DNA from: Takakia lepidozioides
Lineage: Eukaryota > Plantae > Bryophyta
NCBI GenBank assembly: GCA_030704615.1
Contig: CM060734.1
Location: forward strand, 17,670,001 to 17,734,000
DNA length: 64,000 bases
Direction of reading: 5' to 3'
Below are positions 37,450 through 50,864 of the stretch, piece after piece; the first letter of the stretch is position 1; each line of letters opens with the position of its first letter. The position numbers and the translations under genes were made by a program. The notes under the pieces are model-generated. The model did not search any database. It was not told the origin of the DNA and saw nothing but the letters and a program-made list of their open reading frames with translations.

Positions 37450-39340
37450 AAATGCAAATGCGGCGCTGCATTTCCGTTAAGTACCATCACGAAGCTACAC
37501 ATCCGTGCTTGTTGGAAGAAAATGCGGCACCGCATTTCCGTTCCACCTTCACATACCTTAGTTGTTGAACGGAAATACGGTGCCGCATTTCCGTCCCATA
37601 GCTCCATGTATGAGATACAAAAGGGAAATGCGGCGCCGCATTTCCGTTCTGGAATGTCGAAACGTGCGATCCGGACGGAAATGCGGCACAACATTTCAGT
37701 TCCCGTGGTTCATGATTTTCAATCTGAACGGAAATGCGGTACCGCATTTCCGTTCCCCCTTCACATACCTTCGTTGATGAACGGAAATGCCGTGCCACAT
37801 TTCCGTTCGGGAAAGTATAGAGGTCTCAGTTGAACGGAAATGCGGTGCCGCATTTCCGGTCTGGAAAGTTTGAAGGTCTCACATAAATGGAAATGCGGCA
37901 TCGCATTTCCGTCCCACAGCTCAAGGCCTCATATACAAAACGGAAATGCGGCGCCGCATTTCCGTTCTAGAATGTCGGAAGTTGCGACGCATTTCTGTTT
38001 CTGCTATTGACGATTTTCAATCAGAACGGAAATGCGGTACCGCATTACCGTTCTGTAGAGTATTAAGGTCTGACCCCTGGAGGAAATGCGGTGCCGCATT
38101 TTCGTTCCAAAGCTCTATGCCTCACAAACAAAACGGAAATGCGGCGCCGTATTTCCGTTTTGGAATGTCGGAAGGTGCGACTCCGACGGAAATGCTGTAC
38201 CACATTTCAGTTCCGATGTTTCACGATTTTTCATAAGAACGGAAATGCGGTGCCGCATTTCCATTCTGGAGAGTATGAAGGTCTCACCCGGGCGGAAATG
38301 CGGTGCCGCATTTCCGTTCTAGCTTGTGAGGGAGGTGCGACTCGGATGGAAATGCGCTGCCGCATTTCAGTTCCGATGGTTCACGATTTACAGTCAGAAC
38401 GGAAATGTGGTACCTCATTTCCGTTCTGGATAGTCTGAATGTCTGAAGCGGTCGGAATTGCGCTGTCTCAAGCGATCGGAATTGCACTCGGCTCCATGCA
38501 TCAGATACAAAACGGAAATGCGGCGCCGCATTTCCGTTCTGGAATGTCGGAAAGTGCCACTCGGACGGAAATGCGGTGCCGCATTTCTGTTCCTGTTGTT
38601 CATAATTCTCAATCAGAACGGAAATGCGGTACCGCATTTCCGTTACACCTTCACATACCGTGCTTGCTGGATGGAAATGCGTTACCGCATTTCCGTTCTG
38701 GAGAGTATGAAGGTCTCACCCGGGCGGAAATGCGGTGCCGCATTTCCGTTCTGGAATGTCGGAAAGTGCGACTCGGACGGAAATGCGGTGCCGCATTTCT
38801 TTTCCCTTTGTTCATGATTCTCAATCAGAACGGAAATGCGGTACCGCATTTCCGTTCCACCTTCACATACCGTGCTTGCTGGATGGAAATGCGTTACCGC
38901 ATTTCCGTTCTGGAGAGTATGAAGGTCTCACCCGGGCGGAAATGCGGTGCCGCATTTCCGTTATGGAATGTCGGAAAGTACGACTCGGACGGAAATGCGG
39001 TGCCGCATTTCCGTTATGGAATGTCGGAAAGTACGACTCGGACGGAAATGCGGTGCCGCATTTCTTTTCCCTTTGTTCATGATTCTCAATCAGAACGGAA
39101 ATGCGGTACCGCATTTCCGTTCCACCTTCACATACCGTGCTTGCTGGATGGAAATGCGTTACCGCATTTCCGTTCTAGAGAGTGTAATGGTTTTGCCCAG
39201 ACGGAAACTTGGTGCCGCATTTCCGTCGCTCTGGTGCATGACCAAGACGCAATACGGAAATGCGGCTACGTATTTCCGTCTAGCAGCAATCGAAAGAATC
39301 AGTCCGGACGGAAATCTGAAACCTAATTTCCGCATGCTGA
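37450..39340. repeat. Array of palindromes GGAAATGCGG-NN-CCGCATTTCC, period about 53 bp, roughly 35 units
   Basis: Units at ~37571, 37624, 37677, 37729, 37782 ... 39256; spacers recur in higher-order blocks; further copies at 43576, 43674 and a half-site at 44020. Confidence 0.95.
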
Positions 39341-39713
39341 ACCTGAATGGGTTGCATTGTTCCGAAACAACAGAATTGCGGCCAGTCTTGATGAGCACAA
39401 CTAGGTTGTCTGACCGTTTTAACTAACAGTCCTGGCACTTGTCAGTGCGAACGCTCCTGTCCGTACCGAGAATACTGCTGGATCCACCCTCAGGAGAAAC
39501 TGTGAGGAGATGTTATTTCGTCACCGATTCGGCCATCATTGTCTAACTTACTGGCTATGGAATCACACCTCCCACCTTCATGCATGTAGCTTGAAACTAT
39601 ACTTTACACTTCAATGTGCGACTTCCAATCGTCGATGGACTCCGCATGGTGCCTGTGAGCCTTCGTCTGTCGCTATACTGAACCTCGCACTTGCCAACTT
39701 CGTGCGGTGTTCG

Positions 39714-42700
39714 ATGGCTCCGAATTCCTACGCTATAGTTTGCTGTCCTCCGCAACTTGGGAGAGCCTGGATCCCAAACGAGGGAGGAATTTGCAGAGTG
39801 ACTGAAACTTACCTTTGTTCTAAATTCAAGCTGAAACCGGGCTCAGTTTACTTGGAAGAAGAAAGGAAGGATGTTCCTGGACAGGTTGACGAGACCATTG
39901 TCGTGCTAGGTAACGACGGAGGTTGCGGAATCGAATGGCACGTACCCCCATCAGACACCATCCTATACCGAGCTGTGGGAATGCCCATTCCCTTTCCAAA
40001 TCGGTCGCTGCCCACACCATCCACAAAGGAGTCCAGAAACCGACAGGCGGCCACTGCCAACAGAGAGGTATGCAACGATAATAATTCCCGACCTGGACCG
40101 TCAAGACCCTCCATAGCTTCTCGTGTGGACGTATTCGACATTTCCGACGATGAAGATGAGTACATTGAGGTCCCCATGTCCTCCACACGGTCATTCAAAT
40201 CCAACATGGACGTCTCTGCAGGTGCTACGCAAGTACTCTCGAGCATAACTCCAACCCGGTCCATTGTGCAGCTCCTACGGCAGCATCACCTGGATGGTTC
40301 TCGCTCCGAGCTGGCTGCTCTCGACTATGCCAAATTTCCGGTCAGGAAGGTAACGTATCTGCCTCCCGAAGTCGATGGCAATGTCATCTTTGAGTTTCCA
40401 CCTGTCACTTCCTCAAACAAAGCCTCAGGGATGTTAACAGACATGGATCGAAAGCATGACGGACACCCCTGGTGTGTGACGAAGACCAGTAGCACGAAAA
40501 TTGCTGATGGTGTTCGTGTACGATACATCCTCTGTGCGGGGAAGCTGAGGTGCCTGAATCCCGCCTGCTTCCACTTTCTTTCCAAAGGAGGGCGGAGAAA
40601 CGAGACGGATTGGACTGGCACAACGCATCATCCATTCATTGTCTCCAGCCAAGCTCCTGTGGGTACTTTCAAGTGCGCATATTGCAAAGAACCACCGACG
40701 TGCATGTCCATGTGCAGAGCCAAGCAATATTACGTAATCCATTTGCTCCTGGACTTGACTAGAGCTTGCATATACGTTGGGGTCCACTGCCACCCCTTGG
40801 CGAGAGGCAACATGCGTGAGGTTGTGCAGGAAGCACACGACATCATAAAAGAGGAGGTGAAATTGAGCCCCGGAGCAAGACCAAAGCAGATTCAGCTGAA
40901 GGCAGCCCACAAGATTGCTCTTGGAAAAATCATGTCTGAAGATGGTTCAGACCGAGTGCCCTTGAACGAAAAGGAGATGCTTGACCTGTTGGAGTCCGTC
41001 TCGCACGTTTGTAGTCCGAATGTGCGGAATCACATCGTATCTTGCAAGCAGGAGTTCGGCCGGGGGTCAGACATGCACTCAATCCTGGAGGTGAAACGAA
41101 TGACTGGATATGACTACATCCAAGGTAGCAGGTTTCCAGGGCAAGGCAGCGAATCCGATCGTTGTTACATTTTTAAAATGTCGACGTGTGGGCCTGGGAG
41201 TGGAGTCGACTTGGTCACTCGCATGACAACTGGAAACCTGTCGAATGCTTGGGTGATGTTTGATCACATCAAGCGAATTACAAACCATCAGTGGGTGACT
41301 ATGGGTGCGCATGTTTATGACTATCACTCCAAGAGGCTCATGACGATTGCAATCTGCGAGATGAAAGGGGAGGACACACAGTCGGAGATGCATCTGTGGG
41401 AGGGCATAAACGAGCAGATGGCAAGGGCGGGATTGCCAGAGCCCAATTTCAGGGGATTCATGGCAGACAACGCTCAGGCCAACTGGGCAGCGGTGCGGCG
41501 TGTGTACGGTGAGGACCCCAATGTTCCAATGGAGGGGAAAGAGAGATCCTGTGGATTCCATTGGATGCAGAGTCTATCACACTACACTACCAAATTTGTT
41601 GCTAGCTCATTCCAGGCTGAACACCGTGTCCTTTGTACGGCGTGGAAGGATGCACCCACATTTGATGACGCGGAGGTTAAGTTTGTCATCATTGAGGCTT
41701 GGTGGAACACATCAGGTGCAGTGGAGACAACCAATCTGGGAGCCTTGCACAGCTGGTTGGGGTGGTGGCATTTCCGGTATCGACAGTTCGGACAGTACAT
41801 GCGGGAGGTATGATCCTGTCATTTTCGTGCAATTGTCTTTCTATTACGGACCTTTCCATTGGTTCCTCACCATTGTCTGTGTCCTTGTAGGAGCGGTGCT
41901 TGGATTCCGACACGGACATGCCGAACACGAATATGGCAGAATCAGTGCACTCCTCCTGGAGAGCGTCTTCTGCCGCACATCTGGTGGATGTAGTGACGGC
42001 CACAACGGAGGACATCGACCGAGCAATCATGCAGCAAGCCACGTACTACAAGTTCCTGAGCGGGAAACAATGGGGCTTTGGGTCGGACAGGGAGGAATTG
42101 TTGGTACGAACAGCTTCAAGGTTGAAGAATCCACTAAAATGGGCGACAGCATTGCGAGAGAAGATCAAAGGGACGCCTCTGCACTGCAGAGATGAACACC
42201 TAGAGGGGGACGTCCGTACTCGCCCTGTGAGGCGGAGGATTGAAGAGGAACCCGGGTGCGAAGAGGATTCCTGGAGATCCGACAGGAACACTCGGACAGC
42301 ACCTCGAGGTCGCGTCATGTTGCCGCACAATGTGTCTTCCAGCAGTGGAAGCCCAAGAAATTCCAGATCGCCATCGCCTTCAAGCGGGGATTCTGTGCGA
42401 GAAATTCCCACCGCTCGCTTGCCCCAGATTCCGTCCGCTGTTATGCAGTATGGCCAAGCCATTGTGGAGACGACTGTGTCTGCGTCACAGTGGAGAATTG
42501 CTCGCACAAAGCCGTCGTTTCGAGGCAGGTGTTCCACAATTCGAGTGGATACACGGCAACGTTGTTTAGAGATGATAAGGAGGAATCCAGATAGGGCTGT
42601 CCCTGCTCCTACTTTTACAGGAAGATTTGTCCATGGAAAGTTTGCGGAGGCGACAACCACCCAGTTCTGGTTCTGCAGGCACGACATTATGATTTGCGTG

Positions 42701-43321
42701 TATGAAAAGCCCAAGTATGACATACAAACAATGCTAGAGGCTCCCCCGGTGTGGCCGGTGGAACTAGGCTGCGATTTGAGTCAGGTTGAGGCCGACGCCT
42801 TTACCGCCGCAGGATTTCCGATGGTGCAGCGCACTGACGTCCCCAGACAACCATTTCCTCTTCCACAGCCTCCACCACCGACCCCTGTGAGAGCAAGAAC
42901 AATGGGACCCGACAGCTCTAAGCATCCTACACACCGTTGGGGGAAACCGAAGAGGCGGCGACCTCCCTCAAAAGTGAACGAGACGAGGATGGGGAATGCA
43001 CTTCGGATGAACTGTACAATCCAGAGCTCGACAGAAGTGCCCCCACCAGGCTTCGGGCGTGTGTATCAGATGGCCACTGCAGGCTCAGCTGTTCGCAATG
43101 AGGTGTACACCATCACCATTTCAGAATTACCCACCTGCAATTGCACCAACTTTCAGATCATGGTGAACAAGGGGGCATCATACTGCCCTTGCAAGCATCT
43201 GTACTACGTGTACCTAAAGAGACTCCGGTGTAATTCCACAACTCATCACTTCATACATGCACCAGGGTTGAGCCCCCAAGAGGTGCACACTCTTCTGAAT
43301 ATGGATCCAGGGGACCAGTGA
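39714..43321 (+). CDS. Mutator-like (MULE) transposase with GCM-like zinc domain, DDE core and C-terminal SWIM; exons 39714-41807 and 41891-43321
   Basis: WVMFDH, FMADNAQANWAAV, SCGFHW (CxxH), TNMAESVH, SWIM CNCTNF...CPCKHLY; phase-0 GT-AG intron 41808-41890 joins both ORFs in frame; start ATG is inferred. Confidence 0.85.
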
Positions 43322-44145
43322 GCTTGGTTTGCGGTCCCAACACAATGGTACGCCCATCCTTTTCGGATAGTAGAACTGTACTGCTGCAAGTAGCTCTGAC
43401 TCTGGCCACAGAAAGGTCCGACTTATGTCTTGCTTACCAGTAACATGTTTTGCTCGAACGTCGATAATACTATGTCATTCACTCGTGTTTCCACGTGCAT
43501 GTATTTTTGTGTGTTGGAGGGTTCCTGTTTTTCAGCTCTCCCAAACTTTGCTTTCCTCATTCGACCCCCGGCAAGGAAATGCGGCGCCGCATTTCCAAGT
43601 AACGTCGTAGGTACTGGTAGATGCGGCAGTCAGCAACACCAAACCGCCCAGAAATTTCGCACGTGCGAACCCTAATGCGGCACCGCATTTCCTAGTTCAC
43701 TTGCAAAACTTTCCCGCCGAATACTGGAAGATGATAGAATTGTGCAGACTCTATTGGTTCAGTCGCGGCAAAAGGGTCAGCTTCATTTCAATGTTAAGGC
43801 ATGTAAAACCGCGGAATACTCTATACAGGCCAGTATGCGACGTCTTTTTGCCGTGGTATACTGGATTTCTTGTTGCACGGTCACTCATTTCCATGAGCGG
43901 ATCTAAAAAACCATGAGCGGAGTTGTTACTGACGACATATCTTTGCCGCATTACAGGATCCGTAACTTCCAAAAACGGCAAGGTCAAATATAAAACTATT
44001 ATTTTAATACTTGTTTAATCTGCCGCATTTCCAAATTTGAAGGAGTCCGCTCATGAAATCCGCGTGTCTTAGACTTCGGCTCACCGCTTATGCGGCTCAT
44101 GCGGCTCATGGCTCATGGCTCATGGTTTCTGCTCATGAAATAGTA

Positions 44146-47100
44146 AACCTCATTGGCCACTGCCAATCTAACCATTCATCTTCACTTCCTTGCACCTCCA
44201 TTACAAATAAACTCGCATCAGGTAATTGATCGTCTACTCCTGTGGCGGCCTCTCCTGTTGTTAGTCGTGACAAGTGATCTGCCACAAGATGCAAACGGCC
44301 AGGCGTGTAAACAACTTCGACCTCAAACTCGTGCAAGATTATTAACCACCTCGCTATCCTTCCACTTATCAAAGGTTTGTTCACCAGATATATCAGAGCC
44401 TGATGATCCACATAAAACATAAACTTTCTTCCCAATAGGTAATGCCTGAATTTCTTGACTGCATAAATCATTGCCAAAGCTTCTCTTTCAGTTGTGCTAT
44501 AGTTCCTTTCAGCACTGTTCATTAACCTGCTAGCATAGTACACAGGTGAATCTATATTTCCTGTAACATTTTGGGCTAACACCGCTCCCAACGCTTCTCC
44601 TGAGGCATCACAGTGAACATGAAATACTACATGTCAGTGAGGGTTAATCAGCACAGGTGTAGTTGTTACTGACAATGTAAGTTCCTCAAAAGCCTGTTGA
44701 CATTCAGCTGTCCATGCAAACACTGCATCTTTCTTCAGAAGCTTGCTCAATGGTGCTGCTATCTGTGCATACCTTTTGATAAATCTTCTGTAATAACTGG
44801 TTTGTCCAAGGAATCTCCTTAGATTCTTAACATTTACTGGTGGTGGTGAGGCTTTAATGGCCTCTGTCTTCCTGGGATCCACAAGAAGTCCCCTCTTACA
44901 CACAATGTGTCCCAGAAGCACCCCTGAGTTCACACAGAAAGTACACTTCTCTGGATTCAGGCCCAGACCTCTCATTCTGCATCTGGCCAAACATAACTCC
45001 AATTTATGCAAGTGCTCATTCTTAGAGCTGTACACACTGAAATCATCCAAGAACACCTGCATGAAATCATCGAGATACTCATGAAAAGATTCACTTATCA
45101 CTCTCTGAAAGGTTGCTGGTGCATTACAAAGTCCAAAAGGCATAACTTTGTATGCATAAGCACCCCAGTTTGTGATGAAAGTTGTCTTTCTCTAGTCTTC
45201 TTCTGCCACTTGCACTTGATTATAACCACTGAAGCCATCCATGAATGAGTACATCTCATGGCCTGCCACAGTGTCCAATACCGCTTCTGTGAATGGCAAA
45301 GGGAAAGGATCTTTCTTTGTGCAAGCATTCAACTTCTTATAGTTCACACAAACTCTCAGTTTACCATTCTTCTTGGGAACTATCACAATGGGTGACAACC
45401 AAGTTGTATACTCTATCGAGTATATAAACTTAGCCTCAGCCAACTTCTTGATCTCTTCTCCAATCTTCTATGCATAGTTGGGATTCATTCTGTACCTTGC
45501 CTGTTTAATTGGTACTGACCCTTGTTCCAGTTCAATCTTATGCTAACAGATCTCAGGTGGTATCCCTTTTAGATCCTCGTAGCTCCAAGCAAATACATCT
45601 CTGTATTTGATGAACAAACTCTTAGCTTCCTCAAAGAATTCTAGCTCCAAATCAGCTCCTACCTTCACCATCCTCGGTTCCTCTTCACTTCCCACATTCA
45701 CTTCTCTCACCTGTTCATCAGCTGTGATTGTCCAACCAGTCACCACTTCATCATGTAAACTCACAGTGGTTGGTTCCTCTAGGATTTCCATTTCTCCTTC
45801 TCTTTCTTCATAGAAATGTGGTGGGTAACTGCTGGTTTCCTCTTCAATTGGTGTTGCTGTCACTACACCACAGCAGATACCTTTTAAACAACTTAGGCCT
45901 TCCAGCTGCATCTCTGCAACCTGCTCCCACTCTGGGTGTGCAGCAAACAGAGTAGCTTCCTATTCCTCATCCAGTCCTCCCCTCCAGTCATACTCCCTGA
46001 CCCCTCAAGGTCTTCTCGTAGCAGGTAATCTACTAGATTTCTTAGTGGTAATTTGTATCTTGTGCATCCTATTATGCACAGTTAGTAACTAAGAATTCCA
46101 GTCATGGAATACCCTGGCCTGTTTCAGCCACGGACGTCCCAATAATAAGGAGTAAGCCTCCATGACTTCATCCATTTTCAACACAGTTACCGTGATCATA
46201 AAGATCATCTTTTGTATCCGTATCTTAACTCCTCTTATCAATCCCAATGGCTGTACTTCTTTGATCTGCCATTGTTACTGTAAATGGGGCTGGTTTCATG
46301 TTACTTAGACCAAGCTTCTGCCTTAATTGGTCTGTCATGATATTCACTCCAGAGCCTCCATCTATCAGTACATCAGTTAGTTCTGTGCTTCCAATTCTCA
46401 ATTGGATTACTGGCATAGAATCATCAAAGTCCATGACTGCTTCTCGCCCTTCCGGCTTCACATTATAACCGGTCACCTTATTGTTCAGGTCTGTGTTTTT
46501 TGTCACATGGGCAATTCGATTGATTGCTTGATACAGCCTGTGTCTACAATAAGGTGCCACAGCCAATAGCTGTCCAATGGTAATCTCTGCTTTGGTCTGA
46601 CATATTACTTCAGCCAAAGTCCCTTCATTACTCTGCATGTCTGCAGCTTCTTTCTTCCCTTCATCCTCACTCATTGCCTCTTCTCTTTCAGAATCAGAGG
46701 AATCTGCCATAGGAATATCAGTACTCTTCTGCATTTCCCTTATGGTATCTGCCACCTCCTTGTGCAGTTCCTTCTCATCTCTCCAAGCCTCATCATCTTC
46801 AGGCACATCACTGCCATCTTCATTATCATCATCTTCCTCAACTACTGGAGGTATTAGTTTGGCTTTGCTTCTCGTTACTATCATTGTACTTACTTCTGGT
46901 ACAACACATGGCCTAACCATATGAGCTGCCACCACTGGGCCCTCATTCACAGGAGCTCTCATCTCATTCTGGTGTCTAATCTAGAATGAACAGGCTGCCT
47001 TGCGATGTCCTGGCTGATTACAATAGTAGCACAGTTCTTCACCATTGGGTCCTCGCCCTTGGTCTGCTCTAGGATTATTTTTGTAATCCTGATTCCCTGG

Positions 47101-47537
47101 CTGGTAATTCCTCCTTGGATTACCCTGATAGTTGCCTCTGGAATTTCCTTGGTAATCCCCTCTTGAATTACCTCTCCCTTCCATGCCATTGTTATAACCA
47201 CCAGGCCTACCATAGTGGTCCTGATCACTGTTTCTTCTTGGCTGGGGCTGCACTTGATGCACCCTTACTTGCCTAGGTTCTATTGCAGCTGTCCTTCTGT
47301 TGTAGTAACAATTCTCAGTAGAATGGTTATCCATCTTACAGATAGTACAATGTTTCTCCTTCATGTGGCATTCAGTGGTGGTATGGCCTTCATTCTGGCA
47401 CTTTGCACACCAAACACCCTTCCTCCAATGTGTTGCAGCCTTTGTGGCATACTTCTTCAAGATTTCTTCTAATCTTTTCTCATAGTTATCCCTCTTCAAC
47501 TTCTCCTTTCTCGTACTCTTCCTTTTCAGTTCTTGCT
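44146..47537 (-). pseudogene. Third copy of the Athila-like family (gag knuckles, PR, RT, RNase H), truncated at both ends
   Basis: Translations near-identical to 12210-15470 (CAKCQNEGH, VLIDGGSG, FLDD, MIYAVKKFRHY); many stops. Confidence 0.95.
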
Positions 47538-47689
47538 CAGACAAAGATTCTTCCGACTGCCTGAGGATCCGTGGGTGCCAGCGGAAAACGACCCATACAA
47601 TCGCGAACCGATCGGGAAAGACCTATTTCTGAGGGAGTTGGAGGCCGCTAGCATCCGTTGGGAGGATATGAATGAGACGTACTGGGTGC

Positions 47690-48876
47690 CTTGTTGTAAT
47701 TCACCATGGTCACCGGCCAAGTGGAATGACTACATGACTGGACAGAGAATGGGTTGACCCCATCCGAGGAGAAGCCTAGGTGGACACGTCGTGGGTCCTC
47801 CAAGAGAAAAGGCCACATCTCTTCAATATGCCTCCATGCTTGTGAATCTTGTGGCCCACACACCTTTCCCGGGGGGCTCCGATGCAAGGCGTGCCATCTC
47901 ATGAGTCTGGCCAATTTGGGGCTTCGATACTGTGCCCTCAATCGTGGGATGATCGGAAAGTAATGCATTTTCTAGGATGAAATACCCCACGCCCCCCACA
48001 TGTAATCATCCCATTAGCACACATAATACAACACCCTTATGTCTTTCCCTTTATGCAGCCTCTCTCTCATTTGGGTGTAAATGGTCAAAACCGAACGTCG
48101 CTCCTTCCAATCCTCACTCACTCCTTCCAAAACCACAATCAAATCTTGCATGAGTACTACTCTCTAAACCCTAAACTTTGTGGAATACACTTTACATACA
48201 TTGAGAATATTAAAGAAAGTAATCTCCATGCGAGGGGGAATGGCGCTTATACCTTGCGTAGTACTTTTTTCCCTTGGACATCATCCCGATATTGGTCTTT
48301 TTTGCACTTTGGGCACTTGGTGAGATGCGAATCCTCTCCGTAGTATAGGGTTTTATCACATGGACATGCATGAAAAATCTTATAGCCCATCCCCACAGAG
48401 TCCAAGACTTCGCGCGCCTCTTTCCGCGATCGTGGCATCTTGGGTTTCAAGTGTGGAGCAAGGATATAGTCTGCAATAGTTCGCATTATGGCAGACATCC
48501 CAACATTACTTATGCCAAATCGAATTTGAAGATTGAGCAAAAGTAAGATTGTTGAAAGTCAACTATCTTTCGCCCCTTCGTACAAGGGAGTTCTCGCCTC
48601 CCTCTCCATGTCATTTGAGGGGGCCATTTCAGGATCATCGATTGGCCGGGTTCCCTCTTCATGGGATGCATCAGCGCCCACATTATGCATTAAGAGATCC
48701 TCCATGGCTTGCACATCCTCCTGGTTAATTCCATGCTCATTGTTGTTGTCACTGTCATCGTCATCATCGTTCGGTACCGTGGGGGCGGCGTCTCGCCCAC
48801 GGCTCCCGCCTGATGTACTTGGGTTGTTTTCGGATGGGGTGCCAAGAGAAAAGACCGGGAAGGGATGGACAAAGTC
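47690..48876 (-). pseudogene. CACTA TnpD N-terminal exons, intron 47972-48252, truncated
   Basis: ARTPLYEG, FHACPCDKTLY...CPKC...VLRK|KMHYFPIIPRL...LMRWHA...SQAWRH...LGFSSDGVNPF...STWPV..VNYN; GT-AG intron keeps frame. Confidence 0.9.
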
Positions 48877-49242
48877 CTGATACAAACAAATGAACATAGG
48901 GACATATATTATAATGTGTCCTTGCAACCATACACTTCATTATAAGCGAAATGCAAACAACAAACCTTCAATGTGTGTGTGCATCAAATATGTCATTCAA
49001 TAATTACATGTTTGTGCGCAACGTACACGCATGCAAAGTTTCAAACCCAAACAAAATCATTTGCCCCCCCAATGACGCATTCACCTTATCAACCAATTTT
49101 TGTTTATTAATGTGAAAGAAAATCCTCTCATGCCATTGCACCCAACAAACGGATGTGGCTCAAGCTTCATTTTTTCCTACATGTGCTTAAATATGTGTGC
49201 AACACTTGTTACAAAGATCCAGCACAGAGAGAGAGAGAGAGG

Positions 49243-49282
<40 letters not shown>

Positions 49283-49988
49283 CTCCCCAACGACGCAATC
49301 ACCCTTCACCAATTTTTGAATTAAATCGAATTTAAATGAATTTAAAATAAAATATTTGCATTTAGAAAATATATGATTGCGGTTTTGAGGGGCGTAATGA
49401 TTTTATTTTTAGCTCTATTTTGTTCTGTGACATCAGGCTTTGCACCACTACATCCATGCAAAAAATGGGACAAAAAAAAAATGGAAAAAAAATAAGCGTG
49501 TTTCTAGGGTCACTTTTGTAGAACTCTCTATGAAGAATGCATGGAGTTGAAGATAACTCAACTTTGGAGTGCAAATGAGAGAACAAAATCTGGTTATGGG
49601 TCCAAATGACTTTTGTTTACTCCCAAATTTTGCACGCACATTGCATATGCTATCATTAAGCATATGGCTTGAAAATAAAATTAAAAAAAAAAATCATCTG
49701 CAGGTGAAACACAATTTTCCGTCTCTATGACACGTAGCTGCGTTCAACACTAGAATGACCCATTGAATCAACTTGGTTCAAGCTCATATTTGGTCCACAT
49801 GTGCATAAGTATGTTTAGATCACATATGCAAAGTTGCAACCCACACGAGCAACAAGAAAAAAATTTACATCAATCGATTAATCGGATGTATACAAAGTAC
49901 ATCATGAGAATATCTACAATGCCCCTCTACGCGATCCCTGTCTCAAATGAACCCTATTTCTATCATACACATCCCACTCACGCTGTAA

Positions 49989-50864
49989 TCAGAGGTCCCA
50001 ATCATCCCGGGAGAACTTGTATGATGCAAATAGTTCGCTGCCAGCCCTAATAGTCATATTAGCACATGTCATCACAAACATGTGCATCCCCTCACAGTAT
50101 ACTGATGTATGACCACAAAAGCTCTCATGCCCATCGCTTCGCTCGTCCCATACTACATTGGTTCTCCTAAGACGACCAAAAGAACTATTGACCAGCCCCG
50201 CAACATTGCCGAAGATGTCGGGGTCACCATCACAAAATCTGATCTCAATGGGAGACAACCCCCGTCTACGTACATCCTGTCCGTTGACACACAAAATGTA
50301 GGGTAGGATGTATGGGGCTTCGAGGCGTAATGTACGGAACTCCGCGGAGGTGTAGTATGGACCGTAGTAGGGAAACAAGTCCACCATGCTGTTTCTCCGA
50401 GGAGGAACCACAATATCATTGACCGTGAATAAACCCCGACCCATAGCAGGGTCTGTAGCGGCTCTCACAACATATCGTCTCCCCCAATACTCGAACTCCA
50501 CATTTTTTCGGATGGGGGTGGGAGGGTCGAGATGATTCCCCCAACAACGAGGCTGGACGGTCCTCAGTAACATAGTCCTATGCGCTTCCCATTGGGGGCG
50601 AGGATCCGGCTCAGGCTGTCCAAGCCGAAGGGGAGGAAACCTAGGGTGAAGCCGACCCCTCCTAGGGGTTCGGGGGGCACATGCACGTGGAGGTGGTGGT
50701 GGTGGTGGAGGTGGAGGTGATACTGCTGGCGGAGGAGACGAAAGTGGAGGTGGTTGAGGATGGAATGTCGGAGGTGCAGCCGGGGGTACAACGTCCGGAT
50801 CAGGTACTACCGGAGGTGGATCAGGCAAAGAAACAGACGGGGGGGGGGGGGGGGGAGGCCACAA
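49989..50864 (-). CDS. Proline-rich protein with C-terminal SET-like domain (about 50015-50480)
   Basis: MGRGLF (motif I), PYYG (II), GNVAGLVNSS (III, compare GNxARFINHS), IRAGSELFASY (IV); the 5' end probably extends to ~51130 across poly-G frameshifts. Confidence 0.75.
   Translation of the reverse strand: MWPPPPPPPSVSLPDPPPVVPDPDVVPPAAPPTFHPQPPPLSSPPPAVSPPPPPPPPPPRACAPRTPRRGRLHPRFPPLRLGQPEPDPRPQWEAHRTMLLRTVQPRCWGNHLDPPTPIRKNVEFEYWGRRYVVRAATDPAMGRGLFTVNDIVVPPRRNSMVDLFPYYGPYYTSAEFRTLRLEAPYILPYILCVNGQDVRRRGLSPIEIRFCDGDPDIFGNVAGLVNSSFGRLRRTNVVWDERSDGHESFCGHTSVYCEGMHMFVMTCANMTIRAGSELFASYKFSRDDWDL

Noticed and set aside
37450-39340. CRISPR-like appearance of palindromic repeats with spacers
   Set aside because: Spacers recur in higher-order blocks, no cas genes are present, the context is eukaryotic, and the same motif flanks the transposase
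37383-39426. Many overlapping ORFs (RKCGAAFP, GNAAPHFR, EMRCRISV)
   Set aside because: Translation artefacts of the palindrome array on both strands
47538-47690. Short plus-strand ORF piece (RFFRLPEDPW...)
   Set aside because: Junction filler between two truncated elements with no identifiable motif
49228-49280. (GA)n plus long poly-A as a retroposon tail
   Set aside because: No SINE/LINE body or TSD found; treated as low-complexity intronic sequence
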